Positions 1-11,918 of a stretch of 48,173 bases of DNA are shown in pieces. Position 1 is the first letter of the stretch. Each line of letters begins with the position of its first letter. A program made the position numbers and the translations under genes. The DNA comes from Oligoflexia bacterium (GTDB lineage Bacteria > Bdellovibrionota > UBA1018), in contig JAMPXZ010000001.1 in the NCBI GenBank assembly GCA_023700925.1, positions 1-48,173 of the forward strand, in the 5' to 3' direction. The notes under the pieces were generated by a model, which saw only the letters and a list, made by a program, of their open reading frames with translations, did no database searches and was not told the origin of the DNA.

Positions 1-503
1 GAACGGCGATCGGCGACGGCCTTTCGCTCGCCGTGGGCCATCTGCGCAACTCCAAGGCCAAGAGCCGCGTGATCGTCCTGCTCACCGACGGCGACAACAA
101 CGTGGGCCAGGTGGATCCGGGGACGGCGGGAGAGCTCGCCGCGGGTTACGGTATCCGCACCTACACCATCGCGATCGGCCGCGAGGGCAAGGTGAGGATG
201 CCCATCCGGCAGCAGGGCCCCTTCGGCAACGCGATCACGACTTATCAATGGTTCGATAACGCCCTGAACCCCGAGCTGCTCGAGGCGATCGCCAAGGTGA
301 CCGGCGGGCGCTTCTATCGGGTCACCGATGAAGACGCGCTCCTGTCCGTCTTCCGCGAGATCGACCGGCTCGAAAAGAGCGAGATCAAGTCCACCGAGAA
401 GGTGCGGTACGAGGAGAACTTCCAGAAACCTCTGAAGCTCGGCCTGCTGCTCCTGCTGCTGGAGCAGGTGCTCGCTCGGGGCTGGTGGAGGTTGCTGCCA
501 TGA
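1..503 (+). CDS. BatA-like von Willebrand factor A (vWA) domain membrane protein; 5' end lies outside the window
   Basis: The frame is open from base 3 (TAIGDGLSLAVGHL.., VIVLLTDGDNN: MIDAS-type vWA motifs). C-terminal Leu-rich TM helix. Stop TGA 501-503 overlaps the next start (ATGA). Confidence 0.8.
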   Translation, partial: TAIGDGLSLAVGHLRNSKAKSRVIVLLTDGDNNVGQVDPGTAGELAAGYGIRTYTIAIGREGKVRMPIRQQGPFGNAITTYQWFDNALNPELLEAIAKVTGGRFYRVTDEDALLSVFREIDRLEKSEIKSTEKVRYEENFQKPLKLGLLLLLLEQVLARGWWRLLP

Positions 504-2287
504 GATTCCTGGTGGCTCATTGGCTCTGGGGCCTCGCGGTGCTGCCGTTTCTTTATCTCCTCGCGAGCTGGGAGGAGGCGCGCCGGCGGCGTCAGCTTTC
601 GTCCTTCATCGATCCGATCCTGTGGAAGCAGGTCCTGCCGGAACACGACCCCGGCGCTCGGATGCGCAAGGCGCGGATCTGGCTTCTCGCCGTGGCCTTC
701 GCGCTGCTGGCGCTGGCCCGCCCGCAGTGGGGCAAACATGAAGAAACCCTTCAGGTCTCCGGGCTCGACATCATGCTGGTGCTCGATGTCTCCAACAGCA
801 TGGAAGTGGAAGACGTGCCGCCGAGCCGGCTGAAGAAGGCCAAACACCTGATCAGGACTCTGGTCGACAAGCTCAAGGGCGATCGCGTGGGCGTCGTGGC
901 TTTTGCCGGCAGCTCGTACGTGGCTTCTCCGTTGACGACCGACACCGAGTACGCGGTGGAGGCCGTGGACCTGCTCGTGCCCCGGATGGTCCTGAACCAG
1001 GGGACCGATATCGGTCTGGGCCTGGAGACGGCGAGAAAATCGCTCGAGCGCGGCGCCGAGGAGCCCGCGAACACGAGGGAAAACGGCAACCGGAAGGTCG
1101 ACTCGCAGGCGGTCATCCTGATTTCCGATGGGGAGGATCACGAGGAGGCGGCTCTGCAGGCGGCCGACGAGTTCAGAAAGGCCGGGATCAAGCTCTACGT
1201 CCTTGGCGTCGGAACCGAAAAAGGCGGCCCCGTGCCGTTGCGGGACGAAACGGGCGCGCTGCAAGGCTTCAAGCGCGATCTGCGCGGGCAGCCCGTGGTC
1301 AGCTCCTTCAAGCCGGAGGCGCTTCTCGGGATCGCCGCCGCGGGCGGTGGCAAGTACTGGAACGTCACCGCGAATGAAACGGAGGTCGACGAGCTTTTGG
1401 CCGATATGGGGGCGCTGAGCCGTACGGACTACGCGGAAAAAAGGATCGTCGTTTACCAGGATCGCTACCAGTATCCGCTGGCCGTCGCGGTACTCCTGCT
1501 CGTGCTCGAGCTGAGCCTCGCGCTCAAGCGCCCGGTGGCGCGCGCCGCGGGCAGCGTTGTTCTCGCGGTGATCGCGGGCGGCGGGCTGCAGGGTTGCCTG
1601 CCTTCGCTCCAGGATTACACTGAGAACGAAAAAGGAGTACAAGCCTTTCAGGAAGGCAAGATCGACGAAGCCAAGCGCCGGTTCGGCGAAGCCCAGGCGA
1701 GGAACCCTGAGTCGCCCGAGCTTCGCTTCAATCAAGGTGCGGTTCAGGCGCAGGAAGGCGATGCCGAGAGCGCCATCCAAAGCTATTCCGGAACCGCACG
1801 CGAGGCCCTGCGCAAGGGCGACGCGGCGCTCGCCGGCAAGGGGCTTTTCAATCTCGGGGCCCTTCTGTCGAAAAAGGGGGATCTCAAGGGCGCGGTCGAA
1901 GCGTATCTCGGCGCGATCGAAGCCGCCCGGCGTTCCAAGGACCCTACCCTCGAGCAGGAGGCGCGCAAGAACATTGAGCTCCTGCTCCAGCAGCAGCAAC
2001 AGCAAAAGCAGCAGCAAAAACAACAGCAACAGCAACAACAGCAGCAGGAACAGAAAAAGAAGGAAGAGCAGGAACAGCAGCAGCAACAGCAGAAGCAGGA
2101 ACAACAAGACAAAAAAGATCAGGAAAAATACGAAAAGACCCAGAAGCAGAAATTCCGGTCGGCCAAATTATCCGATGAGGACGCCGAACGGGTTATGGCA
2201 GAATTGAAGAACAGGGAACGTCAGCTGCAGCAACGGCTCAAGAAACAAAATGGCAGGCCTCAAAGTAGTGCTCAAAAAGATTGGTAA
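500..2287 (+). CDS. BatB-like vWA protein fused to a BatC-like TPR region and a Gln/Lys/Glu-rich tail
   Basis: ATG 500 overlaps the upstream stop; the ORF track starts at an in-frame GTG at 485. N-terminal TM helix, vWA motifs (IMLVLDVSNSM, VILISDGEDH, LYVLGVGT), a second TM helix, TPR-like repeats (AFQEGKIDEAKRRFGEA.., GLFNLGALLSKKGDLKGAVEAY) and then a poly-Q/K/E tract. Confidence 0.75.
   Translation: MRFLVAHWLWGLAVLPFLYLLASWEEARRRRQLSSFIDPILWKQVLPEHDPGARMRKARIWLLAVAFALLALARPQWGKHEETLQVSGLDIMLVLDVSNSMEVEDVPPSRLKKAKHLIRTLVDKLKGDRVGVVAFAGSSYVASPLTTDTEYAVEAVDLLVPRMVLNQGTDIGLGLETARKSLERGAEEPANTRENGNRKVDSQAVILISDGEDHEEAALQAADEFRKAGIKLYVLGVGTEKGGPVPLRDETGALQGFKRDLRGQPVVSSFKPEALLGIAAAGGGKYWNVTANETEVDELLADMGALSRTDYAEKRIVVYQDRYQYPLAVAVLLLVLELSLALKRPVARAAGSVVLAVIAGGGLQGCLPSLQDYTENEKGVQAFQEGKIDEAKRRFGEAQARNPESPELRFNQGAVQAQEGDAESAIQSYSGTAREALRKGDAALAGKGLFNLGALLSKKGDLKGAVEAYLGAIEAARRSKDPTLEQEARKNIELLLQQQQQQKQQQKQQQQQQQQQEQKKKEEQEQQQQQQKQEQQDKKDQEKYEKTQKQKFRSAKLSDEDAERVMAELKNRERQLQQRLKKQNGRPQSSAQKDW
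1988..2150 (+). repeat. Imperfect CAG/CAA/AAG/GAA low-complexity tract encoding poly-Gln/Lys/Glu, inside the BatB-like CDS
   Basis: Direct reading gives cagcagcagcaacagcaaaagcagcagcaaaaacaacagcaacagcaacaacagcagcaggaacag.. The tract is markedly A-rich compared with the GC-rich surroundings. It also generates the spurious poly-Leu and poly-Cys antisense ORFs in the track. Confidence 0.9.
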
Positions 2288-4178
2288 GTCCCTCTCGTGT
2301 GCGGCGGTGCTGGCCGGGTTCTCGCTGGCGCCCGTCGCCTTCGCGAGTGAGCCGACGTTCACCGCCGAACCCGATCGGCGTCAGCTCACCCAGGACGAGT
2401 CGCTTTCGGTGCATTTCACCGTGACCGCCGAGGGATCGGTGGACGTGGGCGAGATCCGCTTTCGCGCCCCGGACTTCGATGCGATCAACGAGTACAACAG
2501 CACTTTCGTCAAATCGTTCTATGACAGCAGCACCGGCCGCTTCGGGATGACCCACAGTCGCAAGCTCACGAAGGTGTTGCGCCCGCTCAGGACGGGGCGA
2601 CTCGCGATCTCGGGGATCCAGGTCACGGCCAATGGCAAGACCCTCACCGCCGCGGATCTGGTGATCGAGGTCGTGCCGGCCGGGCAGGCGACGCCTCCTC
2701 CGCCGGGCTACGGCGGCAGCGGCGTGGGGCTTCGGGGGGCGGGCAAACGCGCCAGCGGCGCGGATGTGCTTCTGCGCGCCGAGATCGACAAGGATAAGGT
2801 CTTCAAGGGCGAGCAGGTCATCGTCAGCTATTACCTTTATCGCAAGGTGCGGATGTTCAACTTCAACATCGACAAGCTCCCCGAGCTCAAGGGCTTCCTC
2901 AAGGAAGAGCTCGAGTCGCCGATCCTCGGCCAACGGCTTTCCTCGGAGCGGGTGATTCTCGATGGAACGGCGTTCGAGCGGTCGCTGCTCGTGCGTTATG
3001 CGGCCTATCCGTTGCAGGAAGGCAAGCTGCGGATCGATCCGCTCGGCATGAAGTACAACTACTACGCCGGGACGCCGGATGACGGCGAGGACCTGTTCCT
3101 CCAGTACTTCCAGCAGCTCGCGCCGAGGACCGGCTCGGTGAAGAGCGATCCGGTGACCGTGGAGGTCCAGCCCTTGCCCAGCGAAGGCCGGCCGGCGGAC
3201 TTCGCGGGCGGCGTCGGCGACTTCAATGTCGCGGCCGCGGTCGACAAGTATGAGCTCCGGGCCAACGAGGCGTTGACCCTGACGGTGAAGCTCGAAGGCA
3301 AGGGCAACGTGGCCGCCATCGGCGAGCCCCTCGTGCGATGGCCCGAGAACGTCGAGTTCTATGACTCCAAGGGGCAGGCGAAGTCCGGGCCCGGCGGCGT
3401 CGGCACCAAGGTCTTCGAGTTCGTCGTGATCCCGCGCAAGGAAGGAAAGCTGATCCTTCCGCCCGTTGAATTCGGCTTCTTCGATCCTCACAAGAAGAGC
3501 TATGTGACGCGTGCGACGGAATCCGTCGAGATCACCGTGCATCCGGGCGCGCCGGGTTCAGCCCCGCCTCCGGTTGCGGGTCGCCCGACGGTCAGCGCGA
3601 CCTCCCCGGCAACGGAGAAGATCGAGGAGCTCCGCTACCTCAAGGTGCCTGGCGCGGAGGAGGTCGTTCAGAGCGGGAGTCTCTGGCGCTGGCTCTACCT
3701 GCTTTCGGCCATCGGCTCGGTCGTCGTGGTCGGCTGGATCGGCATGACCGCCTTGGGCCGCGCTTGGAAGACCCGCCGGAGCCGCGGAAGCGATTCCGGA
3801 AGCCTGAGCTCGGCGAAGGCCTGGCAGCCGCTGCACGAGCTGGCGCGCGGAGCGGAAAGCGCTTCCTGGCAGGAGGTTTCAAAGGCTTACGATACCGTCG
3901 GCTACCGGGTCCTGGATGCGATCGATCAGGCCTATCCGATCGGAGCGCGCTCGTTGTCGCGGACCGACCTCCGCGAGCTTCTGGTGGTGGAACGGGCTTT
4001 TCCGGAAGCCCTTTGGGAACGCATTGGCCGGGTTCTTGAATTCGGCGAGACCGTGCGTTTCGCGAGCTCCTTGGGCGCGGTGTCCGAGCAGACCGCGCGC
4101 CAGCAGCTGGGGCATTGGGTCAAGGAAGCCGAGTCCATCGTTCGGCTCATCGAACGTCAAAAGAGCTCGAAAACCTGA
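2250..4178 (+). CDS. BatD-like (oxygen-tolerance family) membrane protein
   Basis: Signal peptide (..AAVLAGFSLAPVAFA/SE). Repeated beta-rich modules ending in a BatD-typical segment (PADFAGGVGDFNV..LTLTVKLEGKGNV). Late TM helix (LYLLSAIGSVVVVGWIGM) and a cytoplasmic tail. Sits directly after the BatA/BatB homologues. Confidence 0.75.
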   Translation: MAGLKVVLKKIGKSLSCAAVLAGFSLAPVAFASEPTFTAEPDRRQLTQDESLSVHFTVTAEGSVDVGEIRFRAPDFDAINEYNSTFVKSFYDSSTGRFGMTHSRKLTKVLRPLRTGRLAISGIQVTANGKTLTAADLVIEVVPAGQATPPPPGYGGSGVGLRGAGKRASGADVLLRAEIDKDKVFKGEQVIVSYYLYRKVRMFNFNIDKLPELKGFLKEELESPILGQRLSSERVILDGTAFERSLLVRYAAYPLQEGKLRIDPLGMKYNYYAGTPDDGEDLFLQYFQQLAPRTGSVKSDPVTVEVQPLPSEGRPADFAGGVGDFNVAAAVDKYELRANEALTLTVKLEGKGNVAAIGEPLVRWPENVEFYDSKGQAKSGPGGVGTKVFEFVVIPRKEGKLILPPVEFGFFDPHKKSYVTRATESVEITVHPGAPGSAPPPVAGRPTVSATSPATEKIEELRYLKVPGAEEVVQSGSLWRWLYLLSAIGSVVVVGWIGMTALGRAWKTRRSRGSDSGSLSSAKAWQPLHELARGAESASWQEVSKAYDTVGYRVLDAIDQAYPIGARSLSRTDLRELLVVERAFPEALWERIGRVLEFGETVRFASSLGAVSEQTARQQLGHWVKEAESIVRLIERQKSSKT

Positions 4179-4188
4179 AGGGGCGAAC

Positions 4189-6417
<2,229 letters not shown>

Positions 6418-6431
6418 GGCCGGGAACTCTC

Positions 6432-7067
6432 TCAGTTTTTTTCGCGCTTCAGGGTCGAGAGCGGGTTGATCGTCATGGCGGCGGTCTTGATCGCCGTCAT
6501 GTAGGTGCTCGAAGGCAGATCCACCAACGCCCACACGGCCGCGCGTCCCATCATCATGGCCATCCGGATCGGGAAGGTCATCGGATAGGTGAGAAGTTCG
6601 GTCGTGGAATGCGGAATGAGGCTCTCCAGGGCTACCATCGGTCGCTCCGGCGTGTGCATCGGGGAGGCCTGGGTGCGGCGCGGGGCCGGTGCTTCGCGGG
6701 AGGGCGTGCGGTCGATCGACTCTTCGACCAGCTTCTTGAGCTCTTCCTTGGCTTCGTTCAGGGCTTCGCGCGCGGCGGTGAGCTTCTGATCGGGGGCGGA
6801 AGACATCGGTGCAGCCGCGGTCTTGGTCGGCGCTGTAACGGTAGCCTTGGCCGTGGGGGCCTTGGGCGCGGTCTCCGTCATGGTCATCGCGGCCTGCGCG
6901 GTCTCGACGGCTTTCGGCGTTTCGACCACGGTCTCGGACGGCGGGGTCAGGGTGGTCGCCGGAGCTTTCGTCGTCATCGGCGGCTGAGCGGTCTGCTCGG
7001 GGGCGTGGCGTTTGCCCGTGGTCTTTTTTTCGAAAGGATTACGGCCCATTTTATTATTGTTCGACAT
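6432..7067 (-). CDS. Hypothetical protein: basic N-terminal peptide, Ala/Thr/Pro-rich low-complexity region, short coiled coil and Met-rich hydrophobic C-terminus. Candidate ParA partner.
   Basis: G/C-rich third codon positions throughout. The start ATG 7067 lies 14 nt inside the end of the ParA gene. I recognise no family motif. Confidence 0.6.
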   Translation of the reverse strand: MSNNNKMGRNPFEKKTTGKRHAPEQTAQPPMTTKAPATTLTPPSETVVETPKAVETAQAAMTMTETAPKAPTAKATVTAPTKTAAAPMSSAPDQKLTAAREALNEAKEELKKLVEESIDRTPSREAPAPRRTQASPMHTPERPMVALESLIPHSTTELLTYPMTFPIRMAMMMGRAAVWALVDLPSSTYMTAIKTAAMTINPLSTLKREKN

Positions 7068-7866
7068 GAATAGAGGTCCTCCGGATGAGTTCTTCCGCCG
7101 CCATCGTGAAGTCCTGCGCGCCGCGGGAGGTACGGTCGTAGTCCAGCACGGATTCGGCGTGGCCGGAGCTTTCAGCTACGGCCGCGTTATCGTGGATCAT
7201 GGATTCAAAAAGCGTGTCGCCCAGCTCCCCCTTCAAGGTCTCGATGACCTCTCGGGTCAGCCGGCGACGGTGGGTCACCTGGCTGGGCAGCACGCCCAGG
7301 ATATAGAGATTCGGATTCCAGCGCGCGCGGATGTCGTCGACGGACTGGCGGATTTTGACGATTCCTTCAAGGCTGAAGAACTCGGGCTGCACGGGCACGA
7401 GAACCCCGTCGCTGGCGCAGAGGGCGTTGATCGTCAGAAGGTTCAGGCTCGGCGGCGTGTCGATCAGGATGTAGTCGAAGTCGTCGCGGACGCCTTGAAG
7501 GAAGCGCGCGAGCACCTGCTCGCGGTCCGGCCGGCCGAACAGGTAGTTTTCGACCCCTGCCAGCGCGCGGTCCGAGGCGATCAGGCTCACGCCTGATTCG
7601 GTCGACACGATGAACTGCTTGCGAAGCTCGCCGTCGATCGGCCGCTTGGAAAGATAGATCTCGTCCAAGGTCCGCGCGGTCTCGAACGGCGCTTCGCCAG
7701 GCGTGACGCCGAGGTAGCTCGTCAAATTGGCCTGGGGATCCCCATCGACCAGGAGCACGCGGCTTCCGCGCCGCTGGAGCGCGACGCCGAGATTCATGGT
7801 AGCCGTGGTCTTGCCCACGCCGCCCTTTTGGTTCGCAATGGTAATGACCTTGGGTGTCTTTTTCAT
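7054..7866 (-). CDS. ParA/Soj-family (deviant Walker A) ATPase; orphan, with no parB nearby
   Basis: KVITIANQKGGVGKTTATMNLG (KGGxGKT with signature Lys), LLVDGDPQANLT, ILIDTPPSLNLLT. ATG 7866 is preceded by AAGGAGG. The 5' extension in the ORF track has no support. Confidence 0.9.
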   Translation of the reverse strand: MKKTPKVITIANQKGGVGKTTATMNLGVALQRRGSRVLLVDGDPQANLTSYLGVTPGEAPFETARTLDEIYLSKRPIDGELRKQFIVSTESGVSLIASDRALAGVENYLFGRPDREQVLARFLQGVRDDFDYILIDTPPSLNLLTINALCASDGVLVPVQPEFFSLEGIVKIRQSVDDIRARWNPNLYILGVLPSQVTHRRRLTREVIETLKGELGDTLFESMIHDNAAVAESSGHAESVLDYDRTSRGAQDFTMAAEELIRRTSIHVEQ

Positions 7867-8057
7867 AGCAGGCCGATCATGTCCTCCTTGTGGCGCAAGG
7901 TCAATATTCTTTCTTGAAGGTTCCGCGCTCCGGCACACCTCTACTTCAGGGATTGACGGGCCTTCCCCGCCTGTGGCTTATAACAGGGCATGGGTGATAA
8001 AACGGGGAGCGTTCCAGGCGGAATAAATCGCGAAACCCCGGCCCGGCGGAGTGAGTG

Positions 8058-9008
8058 ATGGAAGTGATTCGCGGTATTCAGTCCCTGGCCCGGTCCCTGC
8101 CGCATCCGGTGGTCACGATCGGAAACTTCGATGGCCTGCACCTGGGTCACCGCAGGATCATCGAGCTGGCCCAGGAAAAAGCCCGGCAGAGGGGCGGCAC
8201 CTGCGTCGCTTTCACCCTGCGCCCCCATCCCCAGATGGCGTTGCATCCCGAGCGGCAGCTGCCGCTTCTTTCGACCTATGACGAGAAGCTCGAGCAGCTC
8301 GAGGCGATGGGCGTCGCGGTCACCGTGGAGGAGCCTTTCAGTCGCGAGTTCTCGGAGGTGACTCCCAAGGAGTTTTTCACCGATACCCTGCTTCGGCGCT
8401 TGAGCGCCGAGGTCTTGGTCGTGGGTTATGACTTCGCGTTCGGAAGGGAGCGAAAGGGCGATCTGGCGACCTTCGGCGAGCTCTGCGCGGCGGCAGGAAT
8501 CGAACTGGTCGTCGTCCCCCCCTTTCGAATCGACGGCGAGGTGGTCTCGAGCTCTCGGATCCGCCAGCACTTGGTGGCAGGAGAGGTGGATACCGCGAGC
8601 AAGCTGCTCGGCCGTGAGTTTTTTTACCGTGGGGTCGTTCGCAAAGGGGACGGCAGGGGCAGAACCCTGGGCTTCCCGACCGCCAATATCAAGGTCGAAG
8701 AGAAGCTCCTGCTTCCCAACGGAGTCTATGCGACCGTGGCTTTCTGGGGTGGGAAGAAATTTCCCAGTATCACCAACGTCGGCGTGCGGCCGACCTTCCA
8801 CGGGGCTGGGGAAAAGGAGCTGCCGCTCCTCGTGGAGACGCACCTGCTCGACGTCGATCCCGATCTTTACGGCAATGTGCTGGAGGTCCGGTTCGTTCAG
8901 CGCATCCGCGGCGAGATCCGCTTCCCCGGCGCGAATGAGCTGCGAGCTCAGATCACCGCCGACATCCAGCAGGCGCGCGTGGTTCTTTCTTCCGCCAGTC
9001 GCCCGTGA
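8058..9008 (+). CDS. ribF: Bifunctional riboflavin kinase / FMN adenylyltransferase
   Basis: VVTIGNFDGLHLGHRRII (nucleotidyltransferase motif) and a C-terminal riboflavin kinase module (GRTLGFPTANI.., GVYA.., PTF.., ETHLLD, LRFE-like). ATG 8058 lies 7 nt after GGAG. Confidence 0.9.
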   Translation: MEVIRGIQSLARSLPHPVVTIGNFDGLHLGHRRIIELAQEKARQRGGTCVAFTLRPHPQMALHPERQLPLLSTYDEKLEQLEAMGVAVTVEEPFSREFSEVTPKEFFTDTLLRRLSAEVLVVGYDFAFGRERKGDLATFGELCAAAGIELVVVPPFRIDGEVVSSSRIRQHLVAGEVDTASKLLGREFFYRGVVRKGDGRGRTLGFPTANIKVEEKLLLPNGVYATVAFWGGKKFPSITNVGVRPTFHGAGEKELPLLVETHLLDVDPDLYGNVLEVRFVQRIRGEIRFPGANELRAQITADIQQARVVLSSASRP

Positions 9009-9097
9009 CGGCTTGACAAAAATTGTTACTCCCCGGAACATTAGAGTAAGGCCCTGACGTTACGTCGATTTCCCAAGGAAGGGGAGGGTACCGTAGT

Positions 9098-10804
<1,707 letters not shown>

Positions 10805-10805
10805 G

Positions 10806-11900
10806 ATGTCCAAGATCAATCTGCCCGCGCTGCTCAAGACGATGGTGGACCAGAGAGCCTCCGACCTTCATATCACGGTGGGGGTGCCTCCGGAGTTCCG
10901 GATCGAGGGCAAGATGGTGAAGGTGCGCGCCGAGCCGCTGAACCCGCATGAGACCAAGGAGCTCTGCTACTCGGTACTGAACGAGTCGCAGAAGGTGGAG
11001 TTCGAAAAGAACCTCGAGATCGACTTCTCCTTCGGCATCAAGGATGTGGCGCGCTTTCGCGGCAACGTCTTCTACCAGCGCGGCGGCGTGGCCGGAGTCT
11101 TCCGCCTGGTCCCGCTCGTGGTGCCGGATTTCGACGCCCTTCAGCTGCCTCAGGTTCTCAAGAAGATCTTGCGGCGGCCGAACGGGCTCATTCTCGTCAC
11201 GGGGCCGACCGGCAGCGGCAAATCCACCTCGCTCGCCGCGATGCTCGATATCCTGAACCGCGAGGAGTACGCGCATATCATGACGGTCGAGGACCCGATC
11301 GAGTTCGTGCATCCGCACAAGAACTGCATCGTCAATCAGCGCGAGGTCGGGGTCGACACCAAGAACTTCGCCTCCGCGCTCCGGCGGATTCTCCGTCAGG
11401 ACCCGGACTATATCCTCATCGGCGAGCTCCGTGACCCGGAGACGATCGAGATGGCGCTCACCATGGCCGAAACCGGCCACCTGGTCTTCGCCACCTTGCA
11501 CACCAACGGGGCGGTCCAGACCATCAACCGCATCATCAACGCCTTCCCGCCTCACCAGCAGCCGCAGATCCGCCAGGTGCTCTCGTTCACGCTCCAGACG
11601 GTTGTCTCGCAGCAGCTGATCCCCCGCAGCTTCGAGGGCGGGCGGGTCATGGCCTGCGAGGTGCTGATCCCGAATCACGCGATCCGCAACCTGATCCGTG
11701 AGGACAAGATCCATCAGATCTACTCCACCATGCAGGCGGGGCAGGACGATACCGGGATGCTCACGATGAACCAGTACCTCATGGCGCTGGTGAGAAACGG
11801 TTCGATCTCCCGGGGAGACGCGCTCGAGTACAGCTTCGTGCCGGATGAGCTGCAGAAGATGATGCAGGGCATGGTGACGACACCGGCCGCCAAAAAATAA
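10806..11900 (+). CDS. pilT: Twitching-motility retraction ATPase PilT
   Basis: DLHITVGVPP, VTGPTGSGKSTSLAAM, TVEDPIEF, LRQDPDYILIGELRD, TGHLVFATLHTN, and an AIRNLIRE signature. Confidence 0.92.
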   Translation: MSKINLPALLKTMVDQRASDLHITVGVPPEFRIEGKMVKVRAEPLNPHETKELCYSVLNESQKVEFEKNLEIDFSFGIKDVARFRGNVFYQRGGVAGVFRLVPLVVPDFDALQLPQVLKKILRRPNGLILVTGPTGSGKSTSLAAMLDILNREEYAHIMTVEDPIEFVHPHKNCIVNQREVGVDTKNFASALRRILRQDPDYILIGELRDPETIEMALTMAETGHLVFATLHTNGAVQTINRIINAFPPHQQPQIRQVLSFTLQTVVSQQLIPRSFEGGRVMACEVLIPNHAIRNLIREDKIHQIYSTMQAGQDDTGMLTMNQYLMALVRNGSISRGDALEYSFVPDELQKMMQGMVTTPAAKK

Positions 11901-11918
11901 GCCGAAAGGGAAGCAGGC

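Noticed and set aside
4025-4040. Sigma54-like TGGCCG-GGTTC-TTGAA inside the batD 3' end, ~150 nt upstream of glnN (nitrogen genes are often NtrC/sigma54 controlled).
   Set aside because: The spacing is correct, but the conserved C at -12 is an A and the site lies within coding sequence. It is too weak to call without a matrix score or TSS data.
3916-4188. A 5' extension of the glutamine synthetase ORF (the track starts it at 3916), overlapping the end of batD.
   Set aside because: The extension is Arg/Ser/Trp-rich and overlaps a well-supported CDS. The conserved GS-III N-terminus begins at ATG 4189, which has its own SD.
7940-8054. FMN-riboswitch-like fragments upstream of ribF (GGGCATGGGTGATAAAAC.. 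and ..ACCCCGGCCCGGCGG, reminiscent of GGGCAGGGTGAAATTCCCGACCGGCGG).
   Set aside because: In a real FMN element these two pieces are contiguous, but here ~35 nt separate them. The remaining conserved helices are absent, and the region is too short once the divergent promoters are accommodated. FMN riboswitches normally precede rib biosynthesis or transport genes, not ribF.
9013-9047. Perfect TTGACA hexamer upstream of pilB as a promoter.
   Set aside because: There is no acceptable -10 hexamer at a 16-18 nt spacer (GAACAT at best), and the better TAGAGT lies 23 nt away. Left unannotated.
11799-11810. tRNA T-arm-like GGTTCGATCTCC; a similar GGTTCGAAG occurs near 13214.
   Set aside because: Both lie inside well-supported CDSs (pilT and the activator gene). 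Neither has a flanking acceptor or anticodon stem. No tRNA-sized non-coding gap exists in the window.
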